The position numbers were made by a program, and so were the translations under genes. DNA of 45,978 bases, from the sequence record SRR31156797_1590, one strand, 5' to 3'. Positions 27,752 through 37,937 of this stretch are shown piece by piece. Under the pieces are notes generated by a model that saw nothing but the letters and a program-made list of their open reading frames with translations, was not told where the DNA came from and searched no databases. Within the stretch, counting starts at the first letter, position 1; each line of letters starts with the position of its first letter.

Positions 27752-30700
27752 TCAAAATATAAGCTTCCTGAAAAACATAAAAGACTGCTCCGGAAGACCG
27801 AGTACATCGTTAAGCACATCACCCCAGCGCTCAAGTCCCTTAACTTCAACCTTAGGGTCACTTAACTTTCCGGTCACAGCCACATTAACCCCGGTCATGG
27901 CATCAAGAAAGGCATTTACCAACTTTAAATAAAGGTTTGGAAGCTTAATAATATCCGCATCAACCTGCAAATTGATGGAATCCTCAGGAAAGCTGAATCC
28001 CCCTTTGGCTGTTGCGGTCAGGTAATCTGTTTTTAGGAGATAATTACCCACCTTAAATCGTCCGTCCTTGCCGTTAACCACACCTGACATGATGGAAAAA
28101 CGGGTCGGCCCCGGAGTTTTCTTCTCCTTGATATCTTTTTCCGCTGTAGCAACGAAAAGATAGGAGCCGTCAACAATCTTGAAAGCCAATCCCCCGGTCA
28201 TAGTGTTCACAAAATCAATATTGGCGGTAGAATGTCCGCTTAGCTTGAGGGAGGCATCGGTAATACCCTTCACGCAATCACGGCCCACGTAATCAGCAAA
28301 AAACAATCCAGCCTGAAATTGACGCACCTCAATATCTGTATCCAGTGAAACCGTTCCGTTCTTAAGGCCCAGATCAAGTTTTCCGGCCAGATTGCCTTCG
28401 TGAAATTTGCCCTTCATGTTATGAATGCCAATGACCTGATCCTTCATATCCACGTCCGCACTGAGGCGGCTACCCGCGAAATCAAAAATTCGGAAATAAT
28501 TACACTCAACCTTTCCGCTGGCATTGATGGCTCCGAGCAATTTATCCGGGAACTGCCATTCAGGAAATTTAAAATTCTGGGCTTCCTTGAATCCGCTTTC
28601 CTTGGTTTTATTTTCAGGGTGGTTACCCATCACATCCGGAGGCAGAAAACGGTCTACATCTACTCTGTCACCTTTGATGACAAAACTCAGGGACGGTTTT
28701 TTGAAATCAGTCACCTGAAAAGTAGCCTCTGCCTCTGCTTCATCAAGGCTGGCCTTATTTACCCGAAAAGTAAGATTCTCACCGTTAAGTTGAAAGGAGG
28801 AATCTAGTGAAACAGACTCAAACGCATCGGGGTCTTGTGTCTCAGGCTTTTCCACCCCGAATAGATCAAAAAATTCGGCACAAGCAACTTTAGGAAGCTT
28901 GAGTATTCCCTTTGCTGATGCAGTCTCGCTACCCAGCCTGCGGGCATCAATCTTACCGTGCAAATTCATTTTACCACTCTTCACGGCAAAATTATCCAGC
29001 TTCAAATTACCGGATTTAACTGCTCCGCTGCCGGAAACAACAAGGGAAACATCTTTCTTGATAACCGGTACACCTTTGCCACCAATGGAAAATTCAAACT
29101 TCCCATCCCTGATCTCAACATTTGCCGGATCAAATCTACTAAACAATAAACCGCCGTTAAAACCACCCCTAAAAGCTCCCTCAGGCTCCAGAAAAGAACC
29201 GGAAAATTTCAAATCAATCTTGCGACCCACCAGTCCTTGCGTGATATTCCCGCCCAAGGGTTCAAATTTCAGCGATAATCCAGCACGCTTAACCCGCATT
29301 TTTTTCAATTCATCAGGCACACCCTTGAAGCTCATATCAGCCACAACACCCTTGCCCTCAAAATTGGAATCAAGTTTAAGATTACGGACCAGTTCACCGG
29401 GAGTACGCCCGTTGGAACGCAGGTACTTCAGTTTGAGAGCAGCCTTGCCCGCATGAAATTTCATACCATCAACCTTAAGCGGGATGCGCGCCAAGGAAAA
29501 CGGAGAAACTGCGCCTTCCCCACTCAGGTAAAGCACATCCTTCTTCCGGCTTTCATCAAAGGCCAGATCAACGGACAGACCGAAATCACCATCCAGATAA
29601 GCCCCTTTGCCAACGCTCAAGCTAAGAACTTTCGGCCCCGGAGAGACAGCAAGATTCACATTCTCCAAATTAATACCGTCATAAACAAACCGATCTAACT
29701 GAAGCTTCCCATTACAGGGAATTTTCTTCACCAGATCAGCAATGACCATGTCACGTAATGGATTCTTTTGCGGCTTGGGTTCAGGTTTGCCCACAGTGCT
29801 ATTGCTGTTGATCTTTTTCTCGAGATCAAAAAGCTTCGCATAGGGATCAAAATTCACAGAATCGGCATGCACATCAAATTCAAGCCACGGGCTGCGGTAA
29901 TCTTTGAGCGAAAAATCACCTTTAATAACAGTCTTATCCACCGCCAAAACCATGCGTGAAAGTTCCGTCTTTTCCAAGGTGGAATGAAAATCCATCTCAA
30001 AGGAAGCTACATTTAAAATATCTTTAAAATCCTCAGGAATAGGAATGGGTGTAAATCTGGAAAAAACTTCCTTTGGATCAAACCGGGTGGACTTGAGCGA
30101 ACCTTTAAAATCAGGCGCATGATAAATATCAGTGCAGTTTGCGGAACCGGTTAAACGCACACCTGCCCCCTGAAGCACCAGCCCCTTTACATCAATCATG
30201 CCCTCAACAAGATTGAAATCAAGGGAAGCTATCCCTTCTGCAACCTCGCCTTTGCCAAGTAGTTCATCGCTCTCAACCTTTACTGCAAGAGAAGTCTCGG
30301 AAAGAGAAACCTCTTTCTTCTGCACTGAAAAATCCAGCAACCCCTTAAGATCCGCCTTGGCTCTGAGATTAAACAGATCAGCATCGAGCATGGCACTGAG
30401 ATCAAAAGCCAATGGAGTATCCTTACGCAAAAGTCCGGTACGCACATTGACTCCGGAAACCATGAATGAATTACCGCTACCCCTATCTCGGTACGAACAA
30501 GTCGCGTTAAAAACACTGACCCCGCGCACACTGATGGAATTGAAATATCTGACCCCAACATTGTCGTTTTCCACATTGTCATCAGAAGCTATAATAGGCA
30601 GATTGAGCGAACCGTCTTTGAGGCGGTCCACGTGAAGTGAAGGCGAATCCACAATAATTGTATCAACCTCCAACTCTCCACTAAGCAGCGGGATCAAACG

Positions 30701-30997
30701 TACTTTGAAGTCGATATCTTGAACTGTGAGTTGATGGGGATAAGCTGAATTTTCAGGAGCTGAAACAGTTACCGGACCGGTATCCACGCCCAGCCAAGGG
30801 TAAAAAATCAAATCTAAATTTTCATGAAAACGGACATCTCGACCAAGCTTCTCACTGAGAAATTCTTCAAGAACAATGCGAGGCTCATCGGATTCAAGAT
30901 AATAAACTCCTCCAACCACTACTGCCAAAAGACAAAGATCAAAAAGGATAAACAGAATCCAAAATATTTTTTTTACCCGCAAAAGCACTGCCAGCAC
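27752..30997 (-). CDS. AsmA-family protein
   Basis: N-terminal TM, FYPWLG...VRLIPLLSG AsmA pattern, long beta-rich body, GKLSDPKV C-terminus. Confidence 0.8.
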   Translation of the reverse strand: MLAVLLRVKKIFWILFILFDLCLLAVVVGGVYYLESDEPRIVLEEFLSEKLGRDVRFHENLDLIFYPWLGVDTGPVTVSAPENSAYPHQLTVQDIDFKVRLIPLLSGELEVDTIIVDSPSLHVDRLKDGSLNLPIIASDDNVENDNVGVRYFNSISVRGVSVFNATCSYRDRGSGNSFMVSGVNVRTGLLRKDTPLAFDLSAMLDADLFNLRAKADLKGLLDFSVQKKEVSLSETSLAVKVESDELLGKGEVAEGIASLDFNLVEGMIDVKGLVLQGAGVRLTGSANCTDIYHAPDFKGSLKSTRFDPKEVFSRFTPIPIPEDFKDILNVASFEMDFHSTLEKTELSRMVLAVDKTVIKGDFSLKDYRSPWLEFDVHADSVNFDPYAKLFDLEKKINSNSTVGKPEPKPQKNPLRDMVIADLVKKIPCNGKLQLDRFVYDGINLENVNLAVSPGPKVLSLSVGKGAYLDGDFGLSVDLAFDESRKKDVLYLSGEGAVSPFSLARIPLKVDGMKFHAGKAALKLKYLRSNGRTPGELVRNLKLDSNFEGKGVVADMSFKGVPDELKKMRVKRAGLSLKFEPLGGNITQGLVGRKIDLKFSGSFLEPEGAFRGGFNGGLLFSRFDPANVEIRDGKFEFSIGGKGVPVIKKDVSLVVSGSGAVKSGNLKLDNFAVKSGKMNLHGKIDARRLGSETASAKGILKLPKVACAEFFDLFGVEKPETQDPDAFESVSLDSSFQLNGENLTFRVNKASLDEAEAEATFQVTDFKKPSLSFVIKGDRVDVDRFLPPDVMGNHPENKTKESGFKEAQNFKFPEWQFPDKLLGAINASGKVECNYFRIFDFAGSRLSADVDMKDQVIGIHNMKGKFHEGNLAGKLDLGLKNGTVSLDTDIEVRQFQAGLFFADYVGRDCVKGITDASLKLSGHSTANIDFVNTMTGGLAFKIVDGSYLFVATAEKDIKEKKTPGPTRFSIMSGVVNGKDGRFKVGNYLLKTDYLTATAKGGFSFPEDSINLQVDADIIKLPNLYLKLVNAFLDAMTGVNVAVTGKLSDPKVEVKGLERWGDVLNDVLGLPEQSFMFFRKLIF

Positions 30998-31090
30998 CCG
31001 TTTATATAAATTTGTCCCGCCCCCAAACTAATACGTCATTACTTGGGAAAAGGTAAGAGAAATCCACTAAAGCATACTCCCTACCTTAAA

Positions 31091-31942
31091 TTATTTTTCC
31101 TGACAAAACAGCGAAGTCTTCATGGGATGACCGGTCACATCAGCCACAACCGGACACTTTACTTTAAAAGCATAATAGACATCCGGCCTGACCCCCCAAA
31201 GGGATTCAAAATTGCCCTGCCCTTTACTGAGAACTACTGGTGACTCATCAAGACGTGCGCGGAATTCCGGGCTACAACGATTAAGCACCGTTCCGGGTGT
31301 GTCCACACCGGAGGTAACCACTTGGCACAAATCAGTCATACCAACAACCTTTGCGTCTACCACGGTAGCATCATTAAGGATATTTTTGCCACGCACAACA
31401 TAGGTCACATCAATGCCTTCATCACGCAACAACCCGGTTAATATGGTATCCAGCCCGATTTCCCCGGCATTGTCTCCAAGAACCAGCAAAGACTTATGCT
31501 CGCGCACTTCACAAAGAAACTTGCCGAAAGCATTAATATCAAGACCATGCTCAAGATTATCAAGCTCGTCTTCCCAGTCATATTCACCCATTACCGCACA
31601 ATCCATATAGTTGCCGATAATAGAAACTCCCATGGCAGCAAGTAACGGGTCCTTGCAGCCATGCACCTTGGCCTTTACTTCGGGCAAAAGCTCCAGAACC
31701 CGCTTATTGGCTTCTTCCTTCTGGACTTTAAAAATATCAACCTCACCCACATACTCAGCTACCTCGCGGAAGAGTCTCCCAGCAATGGACGGCGGAGATT
31801 CGCTCAGGTCGGCAGAAGCAAAACCTGCAGCCCAGTGCTTTACGACTTTTTCATGAATATCTTCCCGACCAGGACAAGTCTCCCTGATCCCCGCAAGCGC
31901 CATTTTCAAAAAACATGGCAGACAGTCCAAATGAGTTTTCAT
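31091..31942 (-). CDS. DUF89/ARMT1-like damage-control phosphatase
   Basis: CLPC, GNYMD, DNAGE, NDAT, KGQGNFE, KCPVVA. Confidence 0.88.
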   Translation of the reverse strand: MKTHLDCLPCFLKMALAGIRETCPGREDIHEKVVKHWAAGFASADLSESPPSIAGRLFREVAEYVGEVDIFKVQKEEANKRVLELLPEVKAKVHGCKDPLLAAMGVSIIGNYMDCAVMGEYDWEDELDNLEHGLDINAFGKFLCEVREHKSLLVLGDNAGEIGLDTILTGLLRDEGIDVTYVVRGKNILNDATVVDAKVVGMTDLCQVVTSGVDTPGTVLNRCSPEFRARLDESPVVLSKGQGNFESLWGVRPDVYYAFKVKCPVVADVTGHPMKTSLFCQEK

Positions 31943-31972
31943 AACTAGAACCTTTCCCAGCCCGAAGAGACT

Positions 31973-32021
31973 GGGCTAATTTTGCTTCTATCACTAACAA
32001 AAAAGGGCTGATTTTTAGCCC
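31973..32021. promoter_or_regulatory. Candidate enhancer (UAS) pair for a sigma54 activator
   Basis: GGGCTGATTTTTAGCCC (32005-32021) and degenerate GGGCTAATTTTGCTTCT (31973-31989), 32 bp apart, upstream of the sigma54 promoter. Confidence 0.55.
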
Positions 32022-32084
32022 GAGCATCAACATGAAACAATTTACGAACAAAGTAACAATCTGTATTAATTATATTTATCACCA

Positions 32085-32100
32085 AGGCACGGCTGTTGCT
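32085..32100 (+). promoter_or_regulatory. Sigma54 (-24/-12) promoter
   Basis: AGGCACGGCTGTTGCT, GG-N10-GC, close to TGGCAC-N5-TTGCW; 40 nt before ATG 32140. Confidence 0.8.
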
Positions 32101-32139
32101 AATCTCAAAATGACTAAAACTTAAACAGAGGAGCAAACA

Positions 32140-32439
32140 ATGCCATTTACCAACCGAAATAACAATAGCTCCCAAAGAGCTAGTCGGGGACTTGGTCCTT
32201 GCGGAGCCGGAATGTCCAGAGGAAGAGGCTTCAGACAGAATACAAATATGGGCTCGGGAATGGGGCGCGGCATGGGAGCCGGACGAGGTCAAGGTCTCGG
32301 CTTAAGGCGCCGGGACGGTTCATGTCAGCGCATGCAGAATCAGGACTTCAGGCCTGACCAGTATGCAAACGATCTTGAAAGACGTATTGCCGACCTTGAA
32401 GTTGAAAACCAAAGACTTAAAGCTGAAATGAATAAATAA
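32140..32439 (+). CDS. Small Gly/Arg-rich protein with C-terminal coiled coil (DUF5320-like)
   Basis: RGLGPCG, GRG repeats, LERRIADLE; GAGGAG SD. Confidence 0.7.
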   Translation: MPFTNRNNNSSQRASRGLGPCGAGMSRGRGFRQNTNMGSGMGRGMGAGRGQGLGLRRRDGSCQRMQNQDFRPDQYANDLERRIADLEVENQRLKAEMNK

Positions 32440-32487
32440 TTGATGGTTCCAAGACGTTGATCTTGGGACCATTTTTAAGGACCTGAT

Positions 32488-33348
32488 ATGAAAATAGCAA
32501 TTGCCAGCGGCAAGGGCGGTACCGGGAAAACCACTGTTGCCGTCAACTTTGCAGCCTATCTCGAATCTCTGGGCAAAAGTGTAAGTTTCACTGACTGCGA
32601 TGTTGAAGAACCCAATGCCCACTTTTTCCTGAACCCGGAACTCAGTGATGAAAAAGACGAATTTCTGCCTGTTCCGGCCATTGATGAAAACAAATGCATC
32701 GGCGAATCATGCAGAAAATGCATTGAACTCTGCCGCTTTAAATCCCTTATCTGGATGGTGAATTCCGTACTCAGCTTTTCCGAACTCTGCCACGGCTGCG
32801 GACTCTGCGAACTGGCCTGCCCTGCTGACGCCATCAGCAAGGGTAAGCGCCTCATTGGAACAACTTCCACAGGCAAAGCCGGTAACATCGATTTTTCAAG
32901 GGGCTTGCTGCGCATTGGTGAAGCAATGTCCCCGCCGCTGATCAAAGCGGTCAAAAACATTTCCCCCCGGGCAGAGGTGAATATTCTGGATTGTCCCCCC
33001 GGAACATCCTGTCCGGTGGTGGAATCCATTGATGACACAGACTTTGTAGTCCTGGTAACCGAACCCACTCCATTCGGATTGCACGACCTTAATCTAGCAG
33101 TACAACTCATGCAGACCTTAAATATGCCCTGCGGAGTGGTCATTAACCGTGCCGGAATGGGTGATGACCGGGTGGAAAAATATCTTGCAGAAAAAGACGT
33201 CCCCCTGCTCGGTTCCCTTCCCCACAGCCGTGAAGCCGCTTCCAGATATTCAAAGGGCAATCTGCTCTACGAAAACATCCCCGGATTTAAAGACGAATTC
33301 GCAAAAATCTGGTCTTCCATCCAAGAACACGTGAGCGGAGCACAATAG
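32488..33348 (+). CDS. MinD-superfamily ATPase with inserted ferredoxin domain (ORP-complex type)
   Basis: SGKGGTGKTT, DCDVEEPN, two Cys clusters, DCPPGTSCP, TEPTPFGLHDL. Confidence 0.88.
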   Translation: MKIAIASGKGGTGKTTVAVNFAAYLESLGKSVSFTDCDVEEPNAHFFLNPELSDEKDEFLPVPAIDENKCIGESCRKCIELCRFKSLIWMVNSVLSFSELCHGCGLCELACPADAISKGKRLIGTTSTGKAGNIDFSRGLLRIGEAMSPPLIKAVKNISPRAEVNILDCPPGTSCPVVESIDDTDFVVLVTEPTPFGLHDLNLAVQLMQTLNMPCGVVINRAGMGDDRVEKYLAEKDVPLLGSLPHSREAASRYSKGNLLYENIPGFKDEFAKIWSSIQEHVSGAQ

Positions 33349-33349
33349 A

Positions 33350-34207
33350 ATGAAACAATTAGTAGTTATCAGCGGCAAAGGCGGCACCGGAAAAACCAGC
33401 GTGGTTTCCGGACTTGCCTCACTCGGTCCCAAAAAAGTACTCGCGGACTGCGATGTGGATGCAGCAGACCTGCACCTGATCCTGCATCCTGAAATCAAAG
33501 ATACACACGACTTTCTCAGTGGCGAACGCCCTGAAATCAATTCCGAACTATGCACCCAGTGCGGACTCTGCGTCGAGCATTGTAAATTTGACGCCATATC
33601 CAAAGACTTCACCATAATGCCTGAAAAATGCGAAGGCTGCGGCGTCTGTTCCTATGTCTGTCCAGTTGAAGCTGTCTCCACCGCTCCCAGACTCTGCGGC
33701 CAATGGTTCCGTTCCGAAACTCGTTTTGGACAGATGGTCCATGCGGAGCTGGGCATCGGAGAAGAGAATTCCGGCAAGCTGGTAACCACAGTGCGCAACG
33801 CTTCAGCGGAGGTCGGAGAAGAGCTTGGTGCTGAACTGGTGCTGGTGGACGGTTCCCCCGGCGTAGGCTGTCCAGTAATCGCCTCCCTAACCAACGCAGA
33901 CTTAGCAATATTTGTTGCCGAGCCGACCATTTCCGCGGTGCACGACCTGAAAAGGGTTCACAAGTTGACTGAGCATTTCAAGATTCCCTCTATGGCCATC
34001 ATCAATAAATGCGGGATCAACGCCGAGCAGGAAAATGAAATTAAATCCTTCTGCACGGAAAAAGAAATCCTTCTTGCAGGTGAACTGCCCTACGACACCA
34101 TTTTTTCAAAAGCTCAACTAGCAGGGCAATCCGCAGTTGAATATGATCCGGACGGTATGGGCAAAAAGATCGAAGCCATCTGGAATAAAATGGAAGCAAA
34201 CCTTTAA
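33350..34207 (+). CDS. Second MinD-superfamily ATPase with inserted ferredoxin domain
   Basis: SGKGGTGKTS, DCDVDAADL, CTQCGLC, CEGCGVC, DGSPGVGCP. Confidence 0.88.
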   Translation: MKQLVVISGKGGTGKTSVVSGLASLGPKKVLADCDVDAADLHLILHPEIKDTHDFLSGERPEINSELCTQCGLCVEHCKFDAISKDFTIMPEKCEGCGVCSYVCPVEAVSTAPRLCGQWFRSETRFGQMVHAELGIGEENSGKLVTTVRNASAEVGEELGAELVLVDGSPGVGCPVIASLTNADLAIFVAEPTISAVHDLKRVHKLTEHFKIPSMAIINKCGINAEQENEIKSFCTEKEILLAGELPYDTIFSKAQLAGQSAVEYDPDGMGKKIEAIWNKMEANL

Positions 34208-34219
34208 AGGAGAGTAAGC

Positions 34220-34591
34220 ATGGGTAAGGAAAAAATTGTCATTCTCGGGTGCAGTCAGGCTATGGACGATATCTGTATCGGGTGTTCCCGCTGCATGGTC
34301 GGTTTTAACCGTCGAGCCGGTGAATTTGAAAACTGTGCGGAAGATGCAGAACTGACAGCCATCGTCGGCTGCGGAGGTTGCCCCGGTAGCGGCATTGTGA
34401 CCAGAATGGCCCATATGAAACTTTGGAACGCACCTATGGGCGAAGTTCCGAACAAGGTTTATGTCGCCCCTTGCATAACCATGCACTGTCCCCACAAAGA
34501 CGTTCTACTCAAAAAAATTAAAGCCAAGGCCGGATGTGAAGTCATCGAAGGCACACATCCCTACATTCCCGAGAACATTTTCGCCGAATAA
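34220..34591 (+). CDS. CGGC-domain metal-binding protein
   Basis: CIGCSRC, GCGGCPG, C-terminal GTH. Confidence 0.85.
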   Translation: MGKEKIVILGCSQAMDDICIGCSRCMVGFNRRAGEFENCAEDAELTAIVGCGGCPGSGIVTRMAHMKLWNAPMGEVPNKVYVAPCITMHCPHKDVLLKKIKAKAGCEVIEGTHPYIPENIFAE

Positions 34592-34600
34592 ATTCAGAAT

Positions 34601-34846
34601 ATGCCTATTTATGAATACAAATGCCGTGAATGCGGTGCCGTATACGAAGAAATTGCCAGTGCCCGAAATGCTCCCGGCCCCTGCCCTTCCTGCGGGAAGG
34701 ATGCCGGAGAAAAACTCATGTCATCAACATCGTCCCTGACCGGCAAAGACACCCCAAATACTCCGGATGCCGCCGGTACCGGATGTTGCGGGGCCAACCC
34801 TTCTTCTAAAGGATGCGTACCCGGTTCCTGTTGCGGTAAGGTTTAA
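34601..34846 (+). CDS. FmdB-family Zn-ribbon protein with Cys-rich tail
   Basis: MPIYEYKCRECG...CPSCG...KLMS, GCCG, GSCCG. Confidence 0.88.
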   Translation: MPIYEYKCRECGAVYEEIASARNAPGPCPSCGKDAGEKLMSSTSSLTGKDTPNTPDAAGTGCCGANPSSKGCVPGSCCGKV

Positions 34847-34852
34847 AACTAT

Positions 34853-34887
34853 AAAGGCACCGTCAAAAATAAATGACGGTGCCTTTT
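34853..34887. terminator. Bidirectional terminator
   Basis: AAAGGCACCGTCA...TGACGGTGCCTTTT between convergent genes. Confidence 0.88.
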
Positions 34888-35760
34888 CTAGTTTTTAATC
34901 AGAGCATCTTCAAACCCGGTTTTGTAATCACGCTCAAAATAGAAATTGAACTGCTTCGGTGTCCACCGCTGCAATAATTTCCTGTGTACCCCGGAACGGA
35001 TCACACTCTCTAAAGCTGTATTAATTTCAGCAATTATTTTACGCCCCCACTCAGTCCTGGGAACGGCATAATAACCGTAAATTGGATTCATCGGTAACTC
35101 CATACAAGATACAATCTCTAGCTGTTCTGAGAGTTTTGAATCCTTTAAAATATAATCAGCAATTAGCGGTCCGGCAAAAAAGAAATCAATCCTCTTTAAG
35201 AACAGCAACTCCATCAACTTGCTAAAATCATTTGAAGAAAAAGCCGGAATTTGACTATGAACATGCTTGAAAACCAGAGAATTCAAATCTCCATAATCGA
35301 CCCCTTTCACATACCCGAACTTGTATTCTGGATCACTTAAAGCAGCATCAGCCCGGAATTGCCCGTTTGAGTCAACATGCTTACTATCACCTTTGCGGAC
35401 GACAGCCAAAATAGTCCAAGTCATTCTGCAGGGCAACTTTGAATAATAAAGAGACTTTTCCCGAGTGGGTGTTTTGAGCAAACCGCTAAGAATCCAATGG
35501 CGGCCTTCCTGAACAGATTGAAAAATCTTAAGCGGGGAAGCGGCAATTATATGATGTTCGTATTCAGGCATTTGCGATTGCAGCAAAAAACCAAGTTCTG
35601 GCCCTATTCCTGTGAAACGTCCATCTTCATGATATATACTGAGGGGAGGAATATTAAAATATGGCCAATAAATATCACTACCAGCCTGGACTTTTGCAGC
35701 AAGGCAAAAAGAAAATGAGAACAAAGAAACAACGACTGAGACCAGCTTGCTAGGTAACAT
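34888..35760 (-). CDS. Orphan periplasmic solute-binding-like protein (type 2 PBP fold)
   Basis: Signal peptide, PPLSI...TGIG, KTPTRE, RIDFF, INTAL patterns; ATG 35760 with GGAGG upstream. Confidence 0.65.
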   Translation of the reverse strand: MLPSKLVSVVVSLFSFSFCLAAKVQAGSDIYWPYFNIPPLSIYHEDGRFTGIGPELGFLLQSQMPEYEHHIIAASPLKIFQSVQEGRHWILSGLLKTPTREKSLYYSKLPCRMTWTILAVVRKGDSKHVDSNGQFRADAALSDPEYKFGYVKGVDYGDLNSLVFKHVHSQIPAFSSNDFSKLMELLFLKRIDFFFAGPLIADYILKDSKLSEQLEIVSCMELPMNPIYGYYAVPRTEWGRKIIAEINTALESVIRSGVHRKLLQRWTPKQFNFYFERDYKTGFEDALIKN

Positions 35761-35826
35761 AAATAAAAACGCCTCCCAATATCCACCATATCCCTTAGAT
35801 AATAATAGATAAAAAGAGCAGTTCAA

Positions 35827-36669
35827 CTATTCTTGAAGCATTTTTTTATCAACCAACTCCTGATTCAACCCTACAATGGTGATTCCGTGTTTCTCAGCAA
35901 ATTTAACTGATTCATCGAGATCAAAAAAAAGACTTTTACCGGCCTCAACCCCCAAGCAGGTCGCTCCCAAATCTTTCATACCCTGAATGGTCTTAAGGCC
36001 GATTGAAGGCATATCCACCCGTTTTTCCTGACCGGGCTTAAAAACTTTCACAATACAACAGCCCTTACCGCCAAGCTCACATCCCCGCTTGACCGCAGCG
36101 TCGGTTCCTTCAATAGCTTCAACTGCGGCCACTACTCCCTCACGAACAACCACACACTGACCGATATCAAGCAGACCTAGTTCACGGGCAATTTTCCAGC
36201 CGAAAACAAGATCACCAGCCTCAACCTCATTGGGCTTCCGCTTGGTCAAAAAACCTGCTGGAGTGAGCAGTTCCGGAGCATACTCGTGAGGACCGACAAC
36301 TTCCATACCTTCAGCTTCAAACTCGCCGGTAATGGCCCGGAGCAGGACATCATCGCCTTTGGTCGCCAGCTTGAAAAGCAGCTTGGCAGCACGAAAGTCA
36401 GGACGGATATCAAAAGCCTTGGGCTTATTAATAGTCCCGGCCATGACGACCTTGCTGACCCCGTTTTTCTTGAAGAAAGAGATCAGCTTATTAAGCTGCC
36501 CGAGTTTGAGTTCAACAGAGTCATCAGTGTATTCACTAACTTCAAAATTTGAATGGCCTTTAAAAAAAACAGCCACAACACGATTTCCCTGTGCTGCAGC
36601 TCCTTTTGCGACCAGGAGGGGGAATTGCCCCCCCCCGGCTATAAGACCAATTGTATTCTTATTGATCAT
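35827..36669 (-). CDS. lpxI: UDP-2,3-diacylglucosamine pyrophosphatase LpxI
   Basis: GLIAGGGQFP, LDIGQ, AVEAIEGTD, RVDMPSIG; follows lpxA. Confidence 0.92.
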   Translation of the reverse strand: MINKNTIGLIAGGGQFPLLVAKGAAAQGNRVVAVFFKGHSNFEVSEYTDDSVELKLGQLNKLISFFKKNGVSKVVMAGTINKPKAFDIRPDFRAAKLLFKLATKGDDVLLRAITGEFEAEGMEVVGPHEYAPELLTPAGFLTKRKPNEVEAGDLVFGWKIARELGLLDIGQCVVVREGVVAAVEAIEGTDAAVKRGCELGGKGCCIVKVFKPGQEKRVDMPSIGLKTIQGMKDLGATCLGVEAGKSLFFDLDESVKFAEKHGITIVGLNQELVDKKMLQE

Positions 36670-37472
36670 AATCTCTTTTCAGGAGTACGGTCAGCGGGAC
36701 AAATTCCCCGCTCACTAGTGCGAATAAATTCAATAAGTCTTGCAACTTCTGGAACATCGGGAAACTCACTTTCAGCCATAGCAAGGGATTCTTCGCGAGT
36801 AAGCCCCGAACGGAAAATAATGCGGTAGGCTTTCTTGATATCAAGACAGGTCTTAGATTTAAAACCATGCCTTCTCAAACCAACCGAATTAGGGCCATGC
36901 AGCACCCCACGCACCCCTGTTGCCAACATGTATGGCGGGATATCCTGACCGAAGCCGGACATAGCGCCGAGAAAAGCATATTCACCGATGCGCACAAATT
37001 GGTGGATACCGGACAGTCCGCTGATAGTAACAAAATTGCCGACCTCAACATGACCGGCAAGGCTAGTAGCATTAGCCATGATGATATTGTCACCCAGGAT
37101 GCAATCATGAGCAATGTGCGCGTAAGCCATAATCATACAGTTACTTCCTACAACAGTACGCTCATTGCCCTGCACAGTTCCGCGGTGAATGGTCATGTAT
37201 TCACGGAAAATGTTATTGTCACCAATTTCGACAGTAGTCGGCTCACCCTTGAAGCCAAGATGCTGAGGATCTCCTCCGAGCACAGCTCCGGTATGAATGA
37301 CATTACCCTTACCCATACGGGTGTAGGATTTAATCTGTGCATGGGCATCAATAGAACAATTATCACCGATAACGACATTGTCCTCAATCACGCAGAAAGG
37401 ACCAATCTTAACATTATCGCCAATCTCTGCCCCAGAATCTACAATAGCGCTAGGATGGATTTCAGTAGCCAC
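36666..37472 (-). CDS. lpxA: UDP-GlcNAc acyltransferase
   Basis: IHPSAIV hexapeptide repeats, IHRGT, HIAHDC, LAGHV, HQF. Confidence 0.96.
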   Translation of the reverse strand: MATEIHPSAIVDSGAEIGDNVKIGPFCVIEDNVVIGDNCSIDAHAQIKSYTRMGKGNVIHTGAVLGGDPQHLGFKGEPTTVEIGDNNIFREYMTIHRGTVQGNERTVVGSNCMIMAYAHIAHDCILGDNIIMANATSLAGHVEVGNFVTISGLSGIHQFVRIGEYAFLGAMSGFGQDIPPYMLATGVRGVLHGPNSVGLRRHGFKSKTCLDIKKAYRIIFRSGLTREESLAMAESEFPDVPEVARLIEFIRTSERGICPADRTPEKRL

Positions 37473-37936
37473 TACAAAGACTCCTTGTCTACAATTGCTG
37501 CGGAGACTTCACCCTGAGCGGCGATTTCACCATCAACAGTTGCAACACTTTTCATTTTCCAGATATTCATCTTGCGTTTAACGTCAGTGATTTCAAGGAC
37601 AAGCTTATCTCCTGGAACGACAGGCCTGCGGAATTTGACTTTATTAATTCCGGTGAACAAAAAGACCTTATCTTTGGTATCAATATCATCATTACTGAGA
37701 ACAATAATACCACCTGCCTGAGCCAGGGCTTCCACAATAAGGACACCGGGCATAACCGGAAGTCCTGGAAAGTGGCCCTGAAAAAAAGGCTCGTTCATGG
37801 TTACGTTCTTATATGCCCGGATGGACTCACCGGGGGTGATTTCTTCCACCCGGTCAACGAGCAAAAAAGGATAGCGATGGGGAAGCATCCCCATGATCTC
37901 ATTAATATCAATAATATCAGGAGTTGAATTACTCAC
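37472..37936 (-). CDS. fabZ: 3-hydroxyacyl-ACP dehydratase
   Basis: LPHRYPFLLVD, FQGHFP, PGVLIVEALAQ. Confidence 0.96.
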   Translation of the reverse strand: MSNSTPDIIDINEIMGMLPHRYPFLLVDRVEEITPGESIRAYKNVTMNEPFFQGHFPGLPVMPGVLIVEALAQAGGIIVLSNDDIDTKDKVFLFTGINKVKFRRPVVPGDKLVLEITDVKRKMNIWKMKSVATVDGEIAAQGEVSAAIVDKESL

Positions 37937-37937
37937 T

